Source: an uncultured Verrucomicrobiota bacterium (GTDB lineage Bacteria; Verrucomicrobiota; Verrucomicrobiia; Limisphaerales; UBA8199). From it: a DNA stretch of 32,000 nucleotides. Positions within the stretch are counted from its first letter, which is position 1. Every line of letters starts with the position of its first letter. Positions 18,298 to 25,958 of the stretch are shown piece after piece. Both the position numbers and the translations under genes were made by a program. The notes under the pieces were generated by a model. The model did not search any database. It saw nothing but the letters and a program-made list of their open reading frames with translations, and had not been told where the DNA came from. The DNA lies in the NCBI GenBank assembly GCA_942493075.1, contig OW818681.1:4156964-4188963 (forward strand), in the 5' to 3' direction.

Positions 18298-19137
18298 CTA
18301 ATACCTATCCTCGTTCAAGCTCCTGTCGAGTTGCGCTGAGGCAACTATGGCGAAGGCTGAGTGATTGTGGATGCTTTCCTGGTTAACGGCGCGGACTTCG
18401 AACCAGGTGATGCGTTTGTCTTTCTTTAAGAGGTGGGCGGCGTTGCGGACGACGTCCTCGACGAAGACTGGGTTATCGAAAGCTTGCATGGTGACGTGGC
18501 GTTCGTCAGGACGTTTTAGAAGGGGATAGACGGGAGCGGATGCGGAACGTTCGGCGATATCAATGAGTTCCTCGATCCAGATGAGTTCCCATAGACCGTT
18601 CGTGCGCTTGGGACGGACCGTGACGGTGACCTGTCCCCGCTGATTGTGGGCACCGTAGTCACTGATTTCTTTGGAACAGGGGCAAAGGGTGGTGACTGGC
18701 ACTTTGACACGAAGAAGGAAGTCGTCCGTCTTTCCGTTGGACTGGCCGATAAAGGTGCAGCGGTAGTCCATAGGTGCCTGGGACCCAGACACGGGTGCGG
18801 TGCGGGTTAGGAAGTATGGAAATTCGACCTCGATGTGGGCGGCTTCCGAATCGAGATGCTGCTTAAGATCATGGAGGATGGCAGGCAGGGTTCGCATGGT
18901 TACCTCGCCCTGGTGCCGGCTGAGAATTTCGAGGAACCGGCTCATGTGGGTGCCTTTGAAGTGGTGCGGGAGGCTTACCGACATGGAGATAGTGGCGACC
19001 GTTTGTTGCTTTTGATTCTGACGGTCGAGGACGGCAATAGGAAAAGAGAGGTCGCAGATGCCAACGTTATCTATTGGCACGCCGCGGCGGTCTTTGGTTT
19101 TCTGGATGTCGGGTAACTGGCGAGCGGGAGATTTCAT
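18298..19137 (-). CDS. folE2: GTP cyclohydrolase IB (FolE2/MptA family)
   Basis: LPDIQKTKDRRGVPIDNVGICDLSFPIAV, TMRTLPAILHDL, VKVPVTTLCPCSKEISDYGAHNQRGQVTVTVR, MQAFDNPVFVEDVVRN, EVRAVNQESIHNHSAFA. Confidence 0.95.
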   Translation of the reverse strand: MKSPARQLPDIQKTKDRRGVPIDNVGICDLSFPIAVLDRQNQKQQTVATISMSVSLPHHFKGTHMSRFLEILSRHQGEVTMRTLPAILHDLKQHLDSEAAHIEVEFPYFLTRTAPVSGSQAPMDYRCTFIGQSNGKTDDFLLRVKVPVTTLCPCSKEISDYGAHNQRGQVTVTVRPKRTNGLWELIWIEELIDIAERSASAPVYPLLKRPDERHVTMQAFDNPVFVEDVVRNAAHLLKKDKRITWFEVRAVNQESIHNHSAFAIVASAQLDRSLNEDRY

Positions 19138-19140
19138 GAA

Positions 19141-19596
19141 TCAATCCCAGTATTCGGCCCAGGAGCAACTGGTTTCCCAAAGGCGAACTTTCACTACGCG
19201 AACCGTGGAACGTAAAGGATAGGGTGCGGCGGGGTCGGCGGCGTAAGTCGCGAGCTTGGCTTTGACGACGTCATGGATTGTCTTGGCCATGACTTCGGTA
19301 GTGGGATCCATGCATTCAAAAGCCACCACGCGATCACCGAACGCAGCCTTCAGGGGTGTGAAGTTGGGGTCCTGAGTGTTGACGCAGATCGCGTGATCGA
19401 GTGTTTTAAGATAATCGTTAAGGCTGGCTTTGAGAGCCTTGAAATCACAGACCATCTCGTTGGAATCGAGCGTGTCCGCTTCAATTACGACTTCAACTTT
19501 GCGGCTGTGGCCGTGGGGGAATTTGCACAGGTCGGGGTGCTTTGAAAGCATGTGTCCGTTCTCGATTTCGAAGGTTTTACAGATGCGGTATGGCAT
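19141..19596 (-). CDS. queD: 6-carboxy-5,6,7,8-tetrahydropterin synthase QueD-like
   Basis: ICKTFEIENGHMLSKHPDLCKFPHGHSRKVEVVIEAD (Cx3HGH), MVCDFKALKASLNDYLKTLDHAICVN, VRLWETSCSWAEY. Confidence 0.93.
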   Translation of the reverse strand: MPYRICKTFEIENGHMLSKHPDLCKFPHGHSRKVEVVIEADTLDSNEMVCDFKALKASLNDYLKTLDHAICVNTQDPNFTPLKAAFGDRVVAFECMDPTTEVMAKTIHDVVKAKLATYAADPAAPYPLRSTVRVVKVRLWETSCSWAEYWD

Positions 19597-20289
19597 TTAG
19601 GTTCCTCGTGTGTGGCCAAAGAGTTCGACGTGAAGACGGTTGCAATAGCGGTAGCCATGGCGTTTGCAGACGTCCAAAAGGGTTTCGGCTCGACCGCGAA
19701 GCACGGCTGTTGATGTGCCCTCGGGCATGAGCAGGATTTTTGCTGGCGGGACTTTTTGACGGAGGTCGTGCAGGAGGGATTGGATTTCCTGAACATCCGA
19801 GGCGGAGTTGACTACGAACTTGAGCTGATATGTGTAGTGATCGAGCCACTCGGAGATTACGGCTGGGTGCCGCCTTAGGTTTTCATGCTTCTCGCGCCAA
19901 GCCGTCGGCAGCCGGTTATCCGGAGCTGAGTTGCTGAGCTTTGGACTGAGTGACGCGAGATCGCAGATGATGCCATTCGGCGGGACGGTTGCCGCCGTCT
20001 CGATGGTTATATGTTTCCCTGCCTGGCGAAGAGCTGCTGCGAGTTCGTGAATTCCCTTGGCGATCATCGGCTCGCCGCCGGTTAGAACGCAATGCTGAGC
20101 GGGGAAAGAATCCACCTTGCGGAGAATTTCGTCCGGAGCCATGTCTTTGCCTTCCGGGTCCCACGAGGCGTACATGGTGTCGCACCAGTTGCAGCGGAGG
20201 TTGCAACCGGAGGTCCGAATAAAAACGGACGGGACGCCCGTGAGTTCGCCTTCGCCCTGGATGGAATAGAATATCTCCGATATAAGCAT
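19597..20289 (-). CDS. queE: 7-carboxy-7-deazaguanine synthase (radical SAM) QueE
   Basis: MLISEIFYSIQGEGELTGVPSVFIRTSGCNLRCNWCDTMYA gives radical SAM Cx3Cx2C, with VLTGGEPMIAKGI. The track ORF extends to 20562, but the ATG at 20289 fits QueE. Confidence 0.95.
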   Translation of the reverse strand: MLISEIFYSIQGEGELTGVPSVFIRTSGCNLRCNWCDTMYASWDPEGKDMAPDEILRKVDSFPAQHCVLTGGEPMIAKGIHELAAALRQAGKHITIETAATVPPNGIICDLASLSPKLSNSAPDNRLPTAWREKHENLRRHPAVISEWLDHYTYQLKFVVNSASDVQEIQSLLHDLRQKVPPAKILLMPEGTSTAVLRGRAETLLDVCKRHGYRYCNRLHVELFGHTRGT

Positions 20290-20290
20290 T

Positions 20291-20995
20291 TCAGGCCCCG
20301 ATGGTGGGAGCAGGCTTAGGCGGCAGTGGAGATGTTTCTGCGTAGGTGGTTGGGTCAGAGAGACCGGCGAGCATGAACGCCTCCCGACGCTCGACGCAAG
20401 TGCCGCAGGTGCCGCAGTGTATTGCTCCGCCCTTGTAGCAGGACCAGGTTTTGGAAAAATCGACGCCGAGCTCGTAGCCGCGGCGGGCGATTTCCGCTTT
20501 GGTGAAGCGAATGAAGGGGCGGAGAATCTGGATTTGGGCGTAGGTTCCAAGGCGGATGGCATCGGCCATGGCTTTCATGAAATCCTCGCGGCAGTCTGGA
20601 TAGATGGCGTGGTCTCCGGCGTGGGCAGCTATGACGAGGCCCTGGGCCTCAATCGATTCGGCAAACCCGCCAGCAATTGAGAGCATGATGCCGTTGCGAA
20701 AGGGAACAACGGTCTGCTTCATCGTTTGCTCCTCATAGTGACCGTCGGGGACAGTGCCACCTGACTTGAGGAGGTCAGATTTGAAAAGCTGGGAAACGAA
20801 GTCGAGTTGGATGGTACGATGGGAGATTCCGAGTTGGTCGCAGTGGTAGGCAGCGAAAGGGATCTCCCTGTGGTTGTGCTTGGAACCGTAGTCGAAGCTG
20901 AGGGCGCCGACAACTTGATAGGCCTGATTGGCTTCGTAGAGGGCGGCAACCGAGTCCATCCCACCGCTAACAAGAACTACGACTTGGGTTTTCAT
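20291..20995 (-). CDS. queC: 7-cyano-7-deazaguanine synthase QueC
   Basis: MKTQVVVLVSGGMDSVAALYEA (PP-loop SGGMDS), GALSFDYGSKHNHRE, VPFRNGIMLSIAGGFAESI, C-terminal CYKGGAIHCGTCGTCVERREAF zinc site. ATG at 20995. Confidence 0.96.
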   Translation of the reverse strand: MKTQVVVLVSGGMDSVAALYEANQAYQVVGALSFDYGSKHNHREIPFAAYHCDQLGISHRTIQLDFVSQLFKSDLLKSGGTVPDGHYEEQTMKQTVVPFRNGIMLSIAGGFAESIEAQGLVIAAHAGDHAIYPDCREDFMKAMADAIRLGTYAQIQILRPFIRFTKAEIARRGYELGVDFSKTWSCYKGGAIHCGTCGTCVERREAFMLAGLSDPTTYAETSPLPPKPAPTIGA

Positions 20996-20999
20996 CGCA

Positions 21000-21440
21000 T
21001 CATGAATGGAGAGTAGTGACCGGGTCTGGGTGCTCTGCAGTGACGGTAAGGGATAAGCCTCCTCGCGGAACAAATTTGCCTTCGATCTTTATGCGCCGTG
21101 GGCGGCAAGCCTTAACCAGGTCGTCGAGGACGCTGTTTATAACCTGCTCGTTGAACGAGTGCACGTTGCGGTACGAGGACAGGTAGAGCTTGAGGGACTT
21201 GGTCTCGATGCAAAGCTTGTCGGGGATGTAATCTACGAGAATCTCTGCGAAATCGGGCTGGCCGGTGACCGGGCAGAGGGAGGTAAAATCGGGACAGTCG
21301 AGACGGATGGAATAGTCGCGGTTCGGTTTGGGGTTTGGGAACGTTTCGATCGTGGCCGACTGCGGAGACTTGGGGAACGCCGCCTCGGAGTTTCCAAGAA
21401 GCGTCAGACTGGCGTATTTCTTATTTCGGGACCGTTTCAT
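21000..21440 (-). CDS. queF: NADPH-dependent 7-cyano-7-deazaguanine reductase QueF (type I, short)
   Basis: LDCPDFTSLCPVTGQPDFAEILVDYIPDKLCIETKSLKLYLSSYRN (catalytic Cys plus the ExKSLKLY QueF motif), AEHPD. Likely ATG at 21440 (146 aa). Confidence 0.92.
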   Translation of the reverse strand: MKRSRNKKYASLTLLGNSEAAFPKSPQSATIETFPNPKPNRDYSIRLDCPDFTSLCPVTGQPDFAEILVDYIPDKLCIETKSLKLYLSSYRNVHSFNEQVINSVLDDLVKACRPRRIKIEGKFVPRGGLSLTVTAEHPDPVTTLHS

Positions 21441-21593
21441 TTCGTGGCCGTCAGCATGGCATTTTTCTTCGCAAGAGAAAATTGAAATCGCGCGAGGAAT
21501 GGAGGGTGGGCATACGGGCGGGAGGAGGGGGCAGTGCGACAGGGGGACGGGGGTAGGGTGTGACATTTGCTGGCATAACCGGTAGGATCGGGT

Positions 21594-22649
21594 ATGCGAC
21601 AGAAGCGACTCGGCCCAAAACAGGCGGCACGCGGGAAGAATGAGGGGGATTTGTGGGCGCATGGTTACGGTCGGGCGGCGATGGAACGGATGATGCGGAT
21701 TCATCGAAAGATCGAGGATCGCGAATACCCGAACTGCACCAAGATGTCGGCGGAGTTTGAAGTCAGCGTGCGGACGCTGAAGCGGGATATCGAGTTCATG
21801 AGGGATCGGTTGGAGTTGCCGATCGCTTTTGATGTGCCGAAGAATGGCTACTTTTTCACCAAGTCGGTGCCGCATTTCCCGAGGGTTCCCCTGACTGAAC
21901 GGGAGATTGTGGGGTTGTTCGTAGCGCAAAAGACGATCGCGCAGTATCAGGGGACTTCACTTCAGCCGGTTCTGGATTCCGCTTTCCGGAAAATGACGGC
22001 GCAATTGGATGATAGCGTGCAGTTCTCGCTTGATGGGGTGGATGAGGTGATGTCGATCCGTCCGTTTGCACCTGGGGATGCGGAGCTGGAGACGTTTGAG
22101 ATCCTGACCCGAGCGGTTCGCGAGCGGCGCGTGGTGCGGTTTGTGTATCGGAAGCATGGGGAGCAGAAGCAACTGCAGAAGTGTGTGCATCCGTATCGGG
22201 TGGCTTACGTGAATAATCAGTGGACGCTTTTTGCGCGTGACCCTAAGGCGGGTGCGCTGGTGCGGAAGTTCATCCTGGCCCGGCTGAGCAAGCCGGAGTT
22301 GTCGGCGGAAAAGTTTAGCGTTTCTGAGCGGTTCGATCTGGACAAGGAGTTGAGTGGCAGCCTGGGGGTGTTCAAGGGGAAGGATGATTACGAGGTGGTG
22401 GTGGAGTTCGATGCCTGGGGTGCGGATGATGTCCGGGGCCGGCTCTGGCATCCGAGCCAGGAGTTGACCGATCACCCAGGGGGCGGGCTTACCTTAAAGA
22501 TGCGTTTGAACAGTTTGGAGGAGGTGGAGCGGTGGGTGCTCGGTTATGGGAGGCATGCGACGGTTGTGGGGCCGGCGGAGCTGAGGGAGAGGGTGCGGGG
22601 TGTGGCCAGCGATTTGGTGAAGAGGTATGGGGGAAAAGCTAAAAGCTGA
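21594..22649 (+). CDS. WYL-domain transcriptional regulator (DeoR/YafY-like HTH plus WYL), 351 aa
   Basis: RMMRIHRKIEDREYPNCTKMSAEFEVSVRTLKRDIEFMRDRLELPIAFD (HTH_11-type), AVRERRVVRFVYRKHGEQKQLQKCVHPYRVAYVNNQWTLFARD (WYL-like), then the WCX region. Confidence 0.92.
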   Translation: MRQKRLGPKQAARGKNEGDLWAHGYGRAAMERMMRIHRKIEDREYPNCTKMSAEFEVSVRTLKRDIEFMRDRLELPIAFDVPKNGYFFTKSVPHFPRVPLTEREIVGLFVAQKTIAQYQGTSLQPVLDSAFRKMTAQLDDSVQFSLDGVDEVMSIRPFAPGDAELETFEILTRAVRERRVVRFVYRKHGEQKQLQKCVHPYRVAYVNNQWTLFARDPKAGALVRKFILARLSKPELSAEKFSVSERFDLDKELSGSLGVFKGKDDYEVVVEFDAWGADDVRGRLWHPSQELTDHPGGGLTLKMRLNSLEEVERWVLGYGRHATVVGPAELRERVRGVASDLVKRYGGKAKS

Positions 22650-22800
22650 AGGCTAAGGGATGAAGGCTGAGGGCGGAAGGCTGGGGATGGACACGGACAG
22701 GCACGGACGGACACAGAGCGCGAGGGGCGGGGCGACAGTGGGCGGCACGGACTGACACGGACCTGCATGGACAGGCACACGGACGGTGGACAGTGCGACG
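22635..22800. repeat. Low-complexity degenerate repeat region (aGCTGAAGGCTaA and CACGGACaGgCAC type) downstream of the WYL gene
   Basis: aaagctaaaagctgaaggctaagggatgaaggctgag... then gacacggacaggcacggacggacac... ending ggtggacagtgcgacg. Confidence 0.65.
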
Positions 22801-22904
22801 GTAGGCAGTTCGCCAGCGGGAATGCACGGGCGGGGGCATGGGTCCGCCTACGCTGAAGCTTCTGCGCGACACGCGGGTGCAGGGGTTGCTAACTCCTGCC
22901 AGGT

Positions 22905-22919
22905 GCGGACGGAGTCCGC
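22905..22919. other. Short inverted repeat GCGGAC-GGA-GTCCGC
   Basis: Perfect 6-bp stem with 3-nt loop, followed by gaaaaatttt. Confidence 0.6.
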
Positions 22920-22945
22920 GAAAAATTTTCCTCTGTGTCGCGGAA

Positions 22946-22978
22946 GCCGGGCCGACGGGAGGCCCGGCGAAATTTTTT
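22946..22978 (+). terminator. Possible rho-independent terminator downstream of the WYL gene
   Basis: GCCGGGCC-gacggga-GGCCCGGC perfect 8-bp stem (22946-22968), followed by gaaaTTTTTT (T tract 22973-22978). Confidence 0.6.
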
Positions 22979-23077
22979 GGCGTTTGGTGCCTGGTGCTGC
23001 CCACATGCGACCGCCACGGCGGGAGCCGCGCAAATCTGCCAAGGGGGCAGTCACCGGCTGGCAAATTAGATGCCGCA

Positions 23078-23542
23078 CTATCCCGACGGGTCGGGAGGTG
23101 ACTGCCCCTTGGCCAGAGTCATAGGAGGGTCGGCTCTTCGTGGTGGGTGGTGTTTGCATTCCTGAGGTTTGGCGTTCGGGTCGGTGGTGCTCGAAGTAGT
23201 TGAGAGTTCCGAGTTGAGAGTTGAAGGTTGGGCGTGGCACTCCTGCGGTTTCGCGTTTGGGTCGGTCGTATAAACCAATTCCTGGCCGCACTTGTGGCAG
23301 TGGGTCCAACCACTGCCAGCGGGATACCAGTTGATGCCGCACTGGGCGTGCCCGGGCGGGTGCTTTGCCCGGTAGGCGGCCTGGCGTGCGAGGCGGCGGG
23401 AGAGCTTTTCGAATTCCTTTTTTCGTTTGGCCTCGACCTTTGCTTGAAGGGCGTCCGCCTTCGCCTGGCTACGGCGCGACAAGGCGGCTTGCTCGGCGTC
23501 GCGTATGTGCTGTTCGAAAGGGAGGAAGGTTTGGGAGTTCAT
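23078..23542 (-). CDS. Uncharacterised Cys-containing protein with duplicated C-terminal segment
   Basis: MNSQTFLPFEQHIRDAEQAALSRR...HAQCGINWYPAGSGWTHCHKCGQEL (paired Cys motifs), then TTDPNAKPQEC repeated twice. ATG at 23542. Confidence 0.55.
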   Translation of the reverse strand: MNSQTFLPFEQHIRDAEQAALSRRSQAKADALQAKVEAKRKKEFEKLSRRLARQAAYRAKHPPGHAQCGINWYPAGSGWTHCHKCGQELVYTTDPNAKPQECHAQPSTLNSELSTTSSTTDPNAKPQECKHHPPRRADPPMTLAKGQSPPDPSG

Positions 23543-23660
23543 AGGGGTGTGGTGACTGGATTGACCGGATTGACGGGATTTAAGGGCTCGAGCGTAGGAA
23601 CACATGAGAGAGTTGAGCGGGGAGGCGGCTTGCGAGACCGCCTCCCCTGCCCCGTTGCGT

Positions 23661-24116
23661 TTAGTCTTCGTCGGGTAGCATGACGGTGATGGCCGGGGCT
23701 GGGTTGTCGATGTCGAGCGGGCCTGCGGTGGCGATCAGCTTTGTCAGGCGGGCGGGTTTGTTATCGGAGTTGCGGACGTAAAGCGCCACAGGGAGCCTTC
23801 GGCTGGTTGATGGTTGAGTGTTGAAAGTTGAATGTTTCAGGATGGCAAAGCGGAGCATCCAAACGACGTCCCACAAGCGGCCGGCTTCATCTTGGGCAGT
23901 CACTCCAGGCGGAACGGCAACGCATTCTTCATAAACTCCGCGTGTGATGAAGACGGGGAAGCGGATACCGGCTTCCTGTGCGGTCTTGGTGACGTCGATT
24001 TGGAAGCCGTCGGCGATGGCCTGGGCGCGGGTGTAGGTGTAGATGAGTTCAAAGTTGAAGGTTGAAGGTTGATCGTCCGGATCACTAAGGGGCGGTTGAG
24101 GGTCTTGAGAGTTCAT
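23661..24116 (-). CDS. DUF6573-like family protein, 151 aa
   Basis: FELIYTYTRAQAIADGFQIDVTKTAQEAGIRFPVFITRGVYEECVAVPP...DEAGRLWDVVWMLRFAI...LPVALYVRNSDNK. Confidence 0.65.
   Translation of the reverse strand: MNSQDPQPPLSDPDDQPSTFNFELIYTYTRAQAIADGFQIDVTKTAQEAGIRFPVFITRGVYEECVAVPPGVTAQDEAGRLWDVVWMLRFAILKHSTFNTQPSTSRRLPVALYVRNSDNKPARLTKLIATAGPLDIDNPAPAITVMLPDED
23804..24072. repeat. Two heptad-type repeat tracts inside the DUF6573-like gene (about 23804-23836 and 24045-24072)
   Basis: ggttgatggttgagtgttgaaagttgaatg and gagttcaaagttgaaggttgaaggttga. They encode HSTFNTQPST and QPSTFNFEL. Confidence 0.7.
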
Positions 24117-24135
24117 AGAGGGGATTGGTTAGGGG

Positions 24136-24657
24136 TTAGGCGTAGAAGTAGCCGAGTTCGCGCAAGCTGGCGTGGCCGGGGTTTCCCATGATGACATGAT
24201 CGAGGACTTCGACTTTGAGGAGCTGTCCCGAGCGGATAAGGTCGCGCGTGACTTTGATGTCAGCTTCGCTTGGGGTGGGTTCTCCGCTCGGGTGGTTGTG
24301 CATGAGGACAAGCGCGGCGGCGGAAGTCATGACGGCAAGGCGGAACACGGTGACTGGATGAACCAAGAGGGTGTCATGAGTGCCCATGGTGACGATTTGA
24401 TGGGCCTTAATCCGATGACGGGTGTTGAGTAACAACACGGTGAAGCATTCGCATTCGGGGTTGAAATAAGGGTTGGGAGTGACATGGAGGCGCCAGTAGT
24501 CGGCGGCTTTCTGCGGAGTGTCGCAGATCTGCAGGGTTTCTGGCGTGGGGCATTCGCGGAGCGGGACAACCTTATACTCGTGAGGCTGCGCTGCGAATTG
24601 GAACGGCTTAACAATGTCGTCCAGGCCGGGGAGTTGGGGAGTAAAAGCGGTGTTCAT
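24136..24657 (-). CDS. radC: RadC-like JAB/JAMM domain protein (integrative-element type), 173 aa
   Basis: CECFTVLLLNTRHRIKAHQIVTMGTHDTLLVHPVTVFRLAVMTSAAALVLMHNHPSGEPTPSEADIKVTRDLIRSGQLLKVEVLDHVIMG contains the HxHPSGx(n)SxxD JAMM motif. Confidence 0.9.
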   Translation of the reverse strand: MNTAFTPQLPGLDDIVKPFQFAAQPHEYKVVPLRECPTPETLQICDTPQKAADYWRLHVTPNPYFNPECECFTVLLLNTRHRIKAHQIVTMGTHDTLLVHPVTVFRLAVMTSAAALVLMHNHPSGEPTPSEADIKVTRDLIRSGQLLKVEVLDHVIMGNPGHASLRELGYFYA

Positions 24658-24709
24658 GTGAATAATTGATTAAGAGAGGCTGCCTCAGCGAGGCAGCCCT
24701 ACCTTAAAA

Positions 24710-25162
24710 TCAGGCGGCTTGGAGGTCGTTTGCGGTGCGGGCGGCCGTGGCCATGTGGCTGCCGTATTTTTCGCGGGGGTCCTGGTTCGAGCCGGTGCTG
24801 AACTGGCCGCAAGGGTGCTGCCAGCATTTGCGGATGTTGTTCCAGTGGAATCCGAACTGGGAGAGCTGTCCGCGGAGTTGCTCGGCGGGCTGCTCGGGGA
24901 AGGTGACCCAGACCCACTTGCCTACTACTTCGGCAAGCTCGTAGGCCTGGGGAAGCCACTCGCGAAGCATGCCCAGGACTTCATCGGTGGGGAGAGTGCG
25001 GTTGGCCTCGCGCTGTTCGAAGTTCACGTAAGGCCGGGGGCGTTTGCCATGGGCCGTTTGCTGCTGGTGTTGGCTGTTTCCGCTAGACTGCTCGGGACGG
25101 AAGCTGAGCCCTGAAACTGCTGTTCTGTTTTCTGTTTGTTTGTTGTTGGATTTAGTTTTCAT
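24710..25162 (-). CDS. Uncharacterised accessory-element protein, 150 aa
   Basis: ATG at 25162. C-terminal part EVVGKWVWVTFPEQPAEQLRGQLSQFGFHWNNIRKCWQHPCG resembles proteins seen beside RadC in mobile elements. Recollection only. Confidence 0.55.
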   Translation of the reverse strand: MKTKSNNKQTENRTAVSGLSFRPEQSSGNSQHQQQTAHGKRPRPYVNFEQREANRTLPTDEVLGMLREWLPQAYELAEVVGKWVWVTFPEQPAEQLRGQLSQFGFHWNNIRKCWQHPCGQFSTGSNQDPREKYGSHMATAARTANDLQAA

Positions 25163-25581
25163 GGTGTTTTTTTTTGTGGTGTAGCGGCTTTGCTCCGCTT
25201 GCTGCTCGGTCCGGTCTTTCGCCCTTTCACCCCTTGGCACGCGCATTAGGGCGGCACGCGGGAGTAATCTTCAGAGGGCACCGCGGTTTTTGCCCCCTAA
25301 TGAGAAAGCGGGCGGTGAAGGGCGAGAGACTGGACCACCTTGCAGCAGAGGGAGCACACCGCAAAAAAACACCTGAAGAACCTAACAAACTTCAGAAAAG
25401 AGAGCGGGCAGAGTGGAGGCGGAGCCCGATTCTGAAGCTTCGAACAAGGTGAGCTGATCAAAGGTGTTCGGGAAAGAGGGTGAATAAGTTTTATTACGGA
25501 GTGTCATTGGATGTCACACCGGGTGGGGTATCGTGGGCTCAAATACCAGAAAAGCTGGAAGTCTGAGAACCAACTAATGAT

Positions 25582-25845
25582 ATGAAACCGACCAATAGAG
25601 GAACACCAACCAGAAGCCCGGAAACCAGTGACCGGCGGCAGGAGCAGACGCCTGAACAATGGTGGGCGGGATTGAGTCTGTCCGAACGGAGAGCCGTGCA
25701 GATGCTTGGAGGGATGATCGAGGAGGTAACGGAAAAGGCGTGGATTGATATCCGCCGGGAGGGCGGAGTTGTTCGTGTGCGGTTCCTTGAAATCATGCAC
25801 CCGCCAAGGCCGGGCAGTCTCAGAAGGAGGGTGATGGGTTCATAG
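25582..25845 (+). CDS. Small uncharacterised protein, 87 aa
   Basis: MKPTNRGTPTRSPETSDRRQEQTPEQWWAGLSLSERRAVQMLGGMIEEVTEKAWIDIRREGGVVRVRFLEI. Plausible coding composition. Confidence 0.4.
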   Translation: MKPTNRGTPTRSPETSDRRQEQTPEQWWAGLSLSERRAVQMLGGMIEEVTEKAWIDIRREGGVVRVRFLEIMHPPRPGSLRRRVMGS

Positions 25846-25958
25846 CCGGACCGTGAGCATCGAGAAATGAGAATTGCCGAACGCAGGGAGTTGAGGAGTT
25901 GGGTGGGGGTGAGGGATGCTCCTTCTGAAACTGGCGTGCGGCGCATCCCGAGGTCCTT

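Noticed and set aside
20290-20562. 91-aa N-terminal extension of QueE in the ORF track
   Set aside because: The extension is Pro/Ser-rich and overlaps the queC 3' end. The conserved QueE start MLISEIFYSIQGEGE begins at 20289.
21441-21929. N-terminal extension of QueF in the ORF track (to 21929)
   Set aside because: It is non-conserved sequence through the intergenic region and into the WYL gene. Type I QueF starts close to MKRSRNKKYASLTLLG.
22650-22850. Possible CRISPR array because of recurring GGACAGGCACGGACGG-like units
   Set aside because: The units are irregular in length and spacing and highly degenerate, with no unique spacers. This is better described as low-complexity repeat.
24172-25452. 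Plus-strand ORFs at 24172-24432, 24484-24669, 24719-25114 and 25174-25452
   Set aside because: The first three are antisense to the RadC-like and neighbouring genes. The last overlaps repeat-rich intergenic sequence. No motifs.
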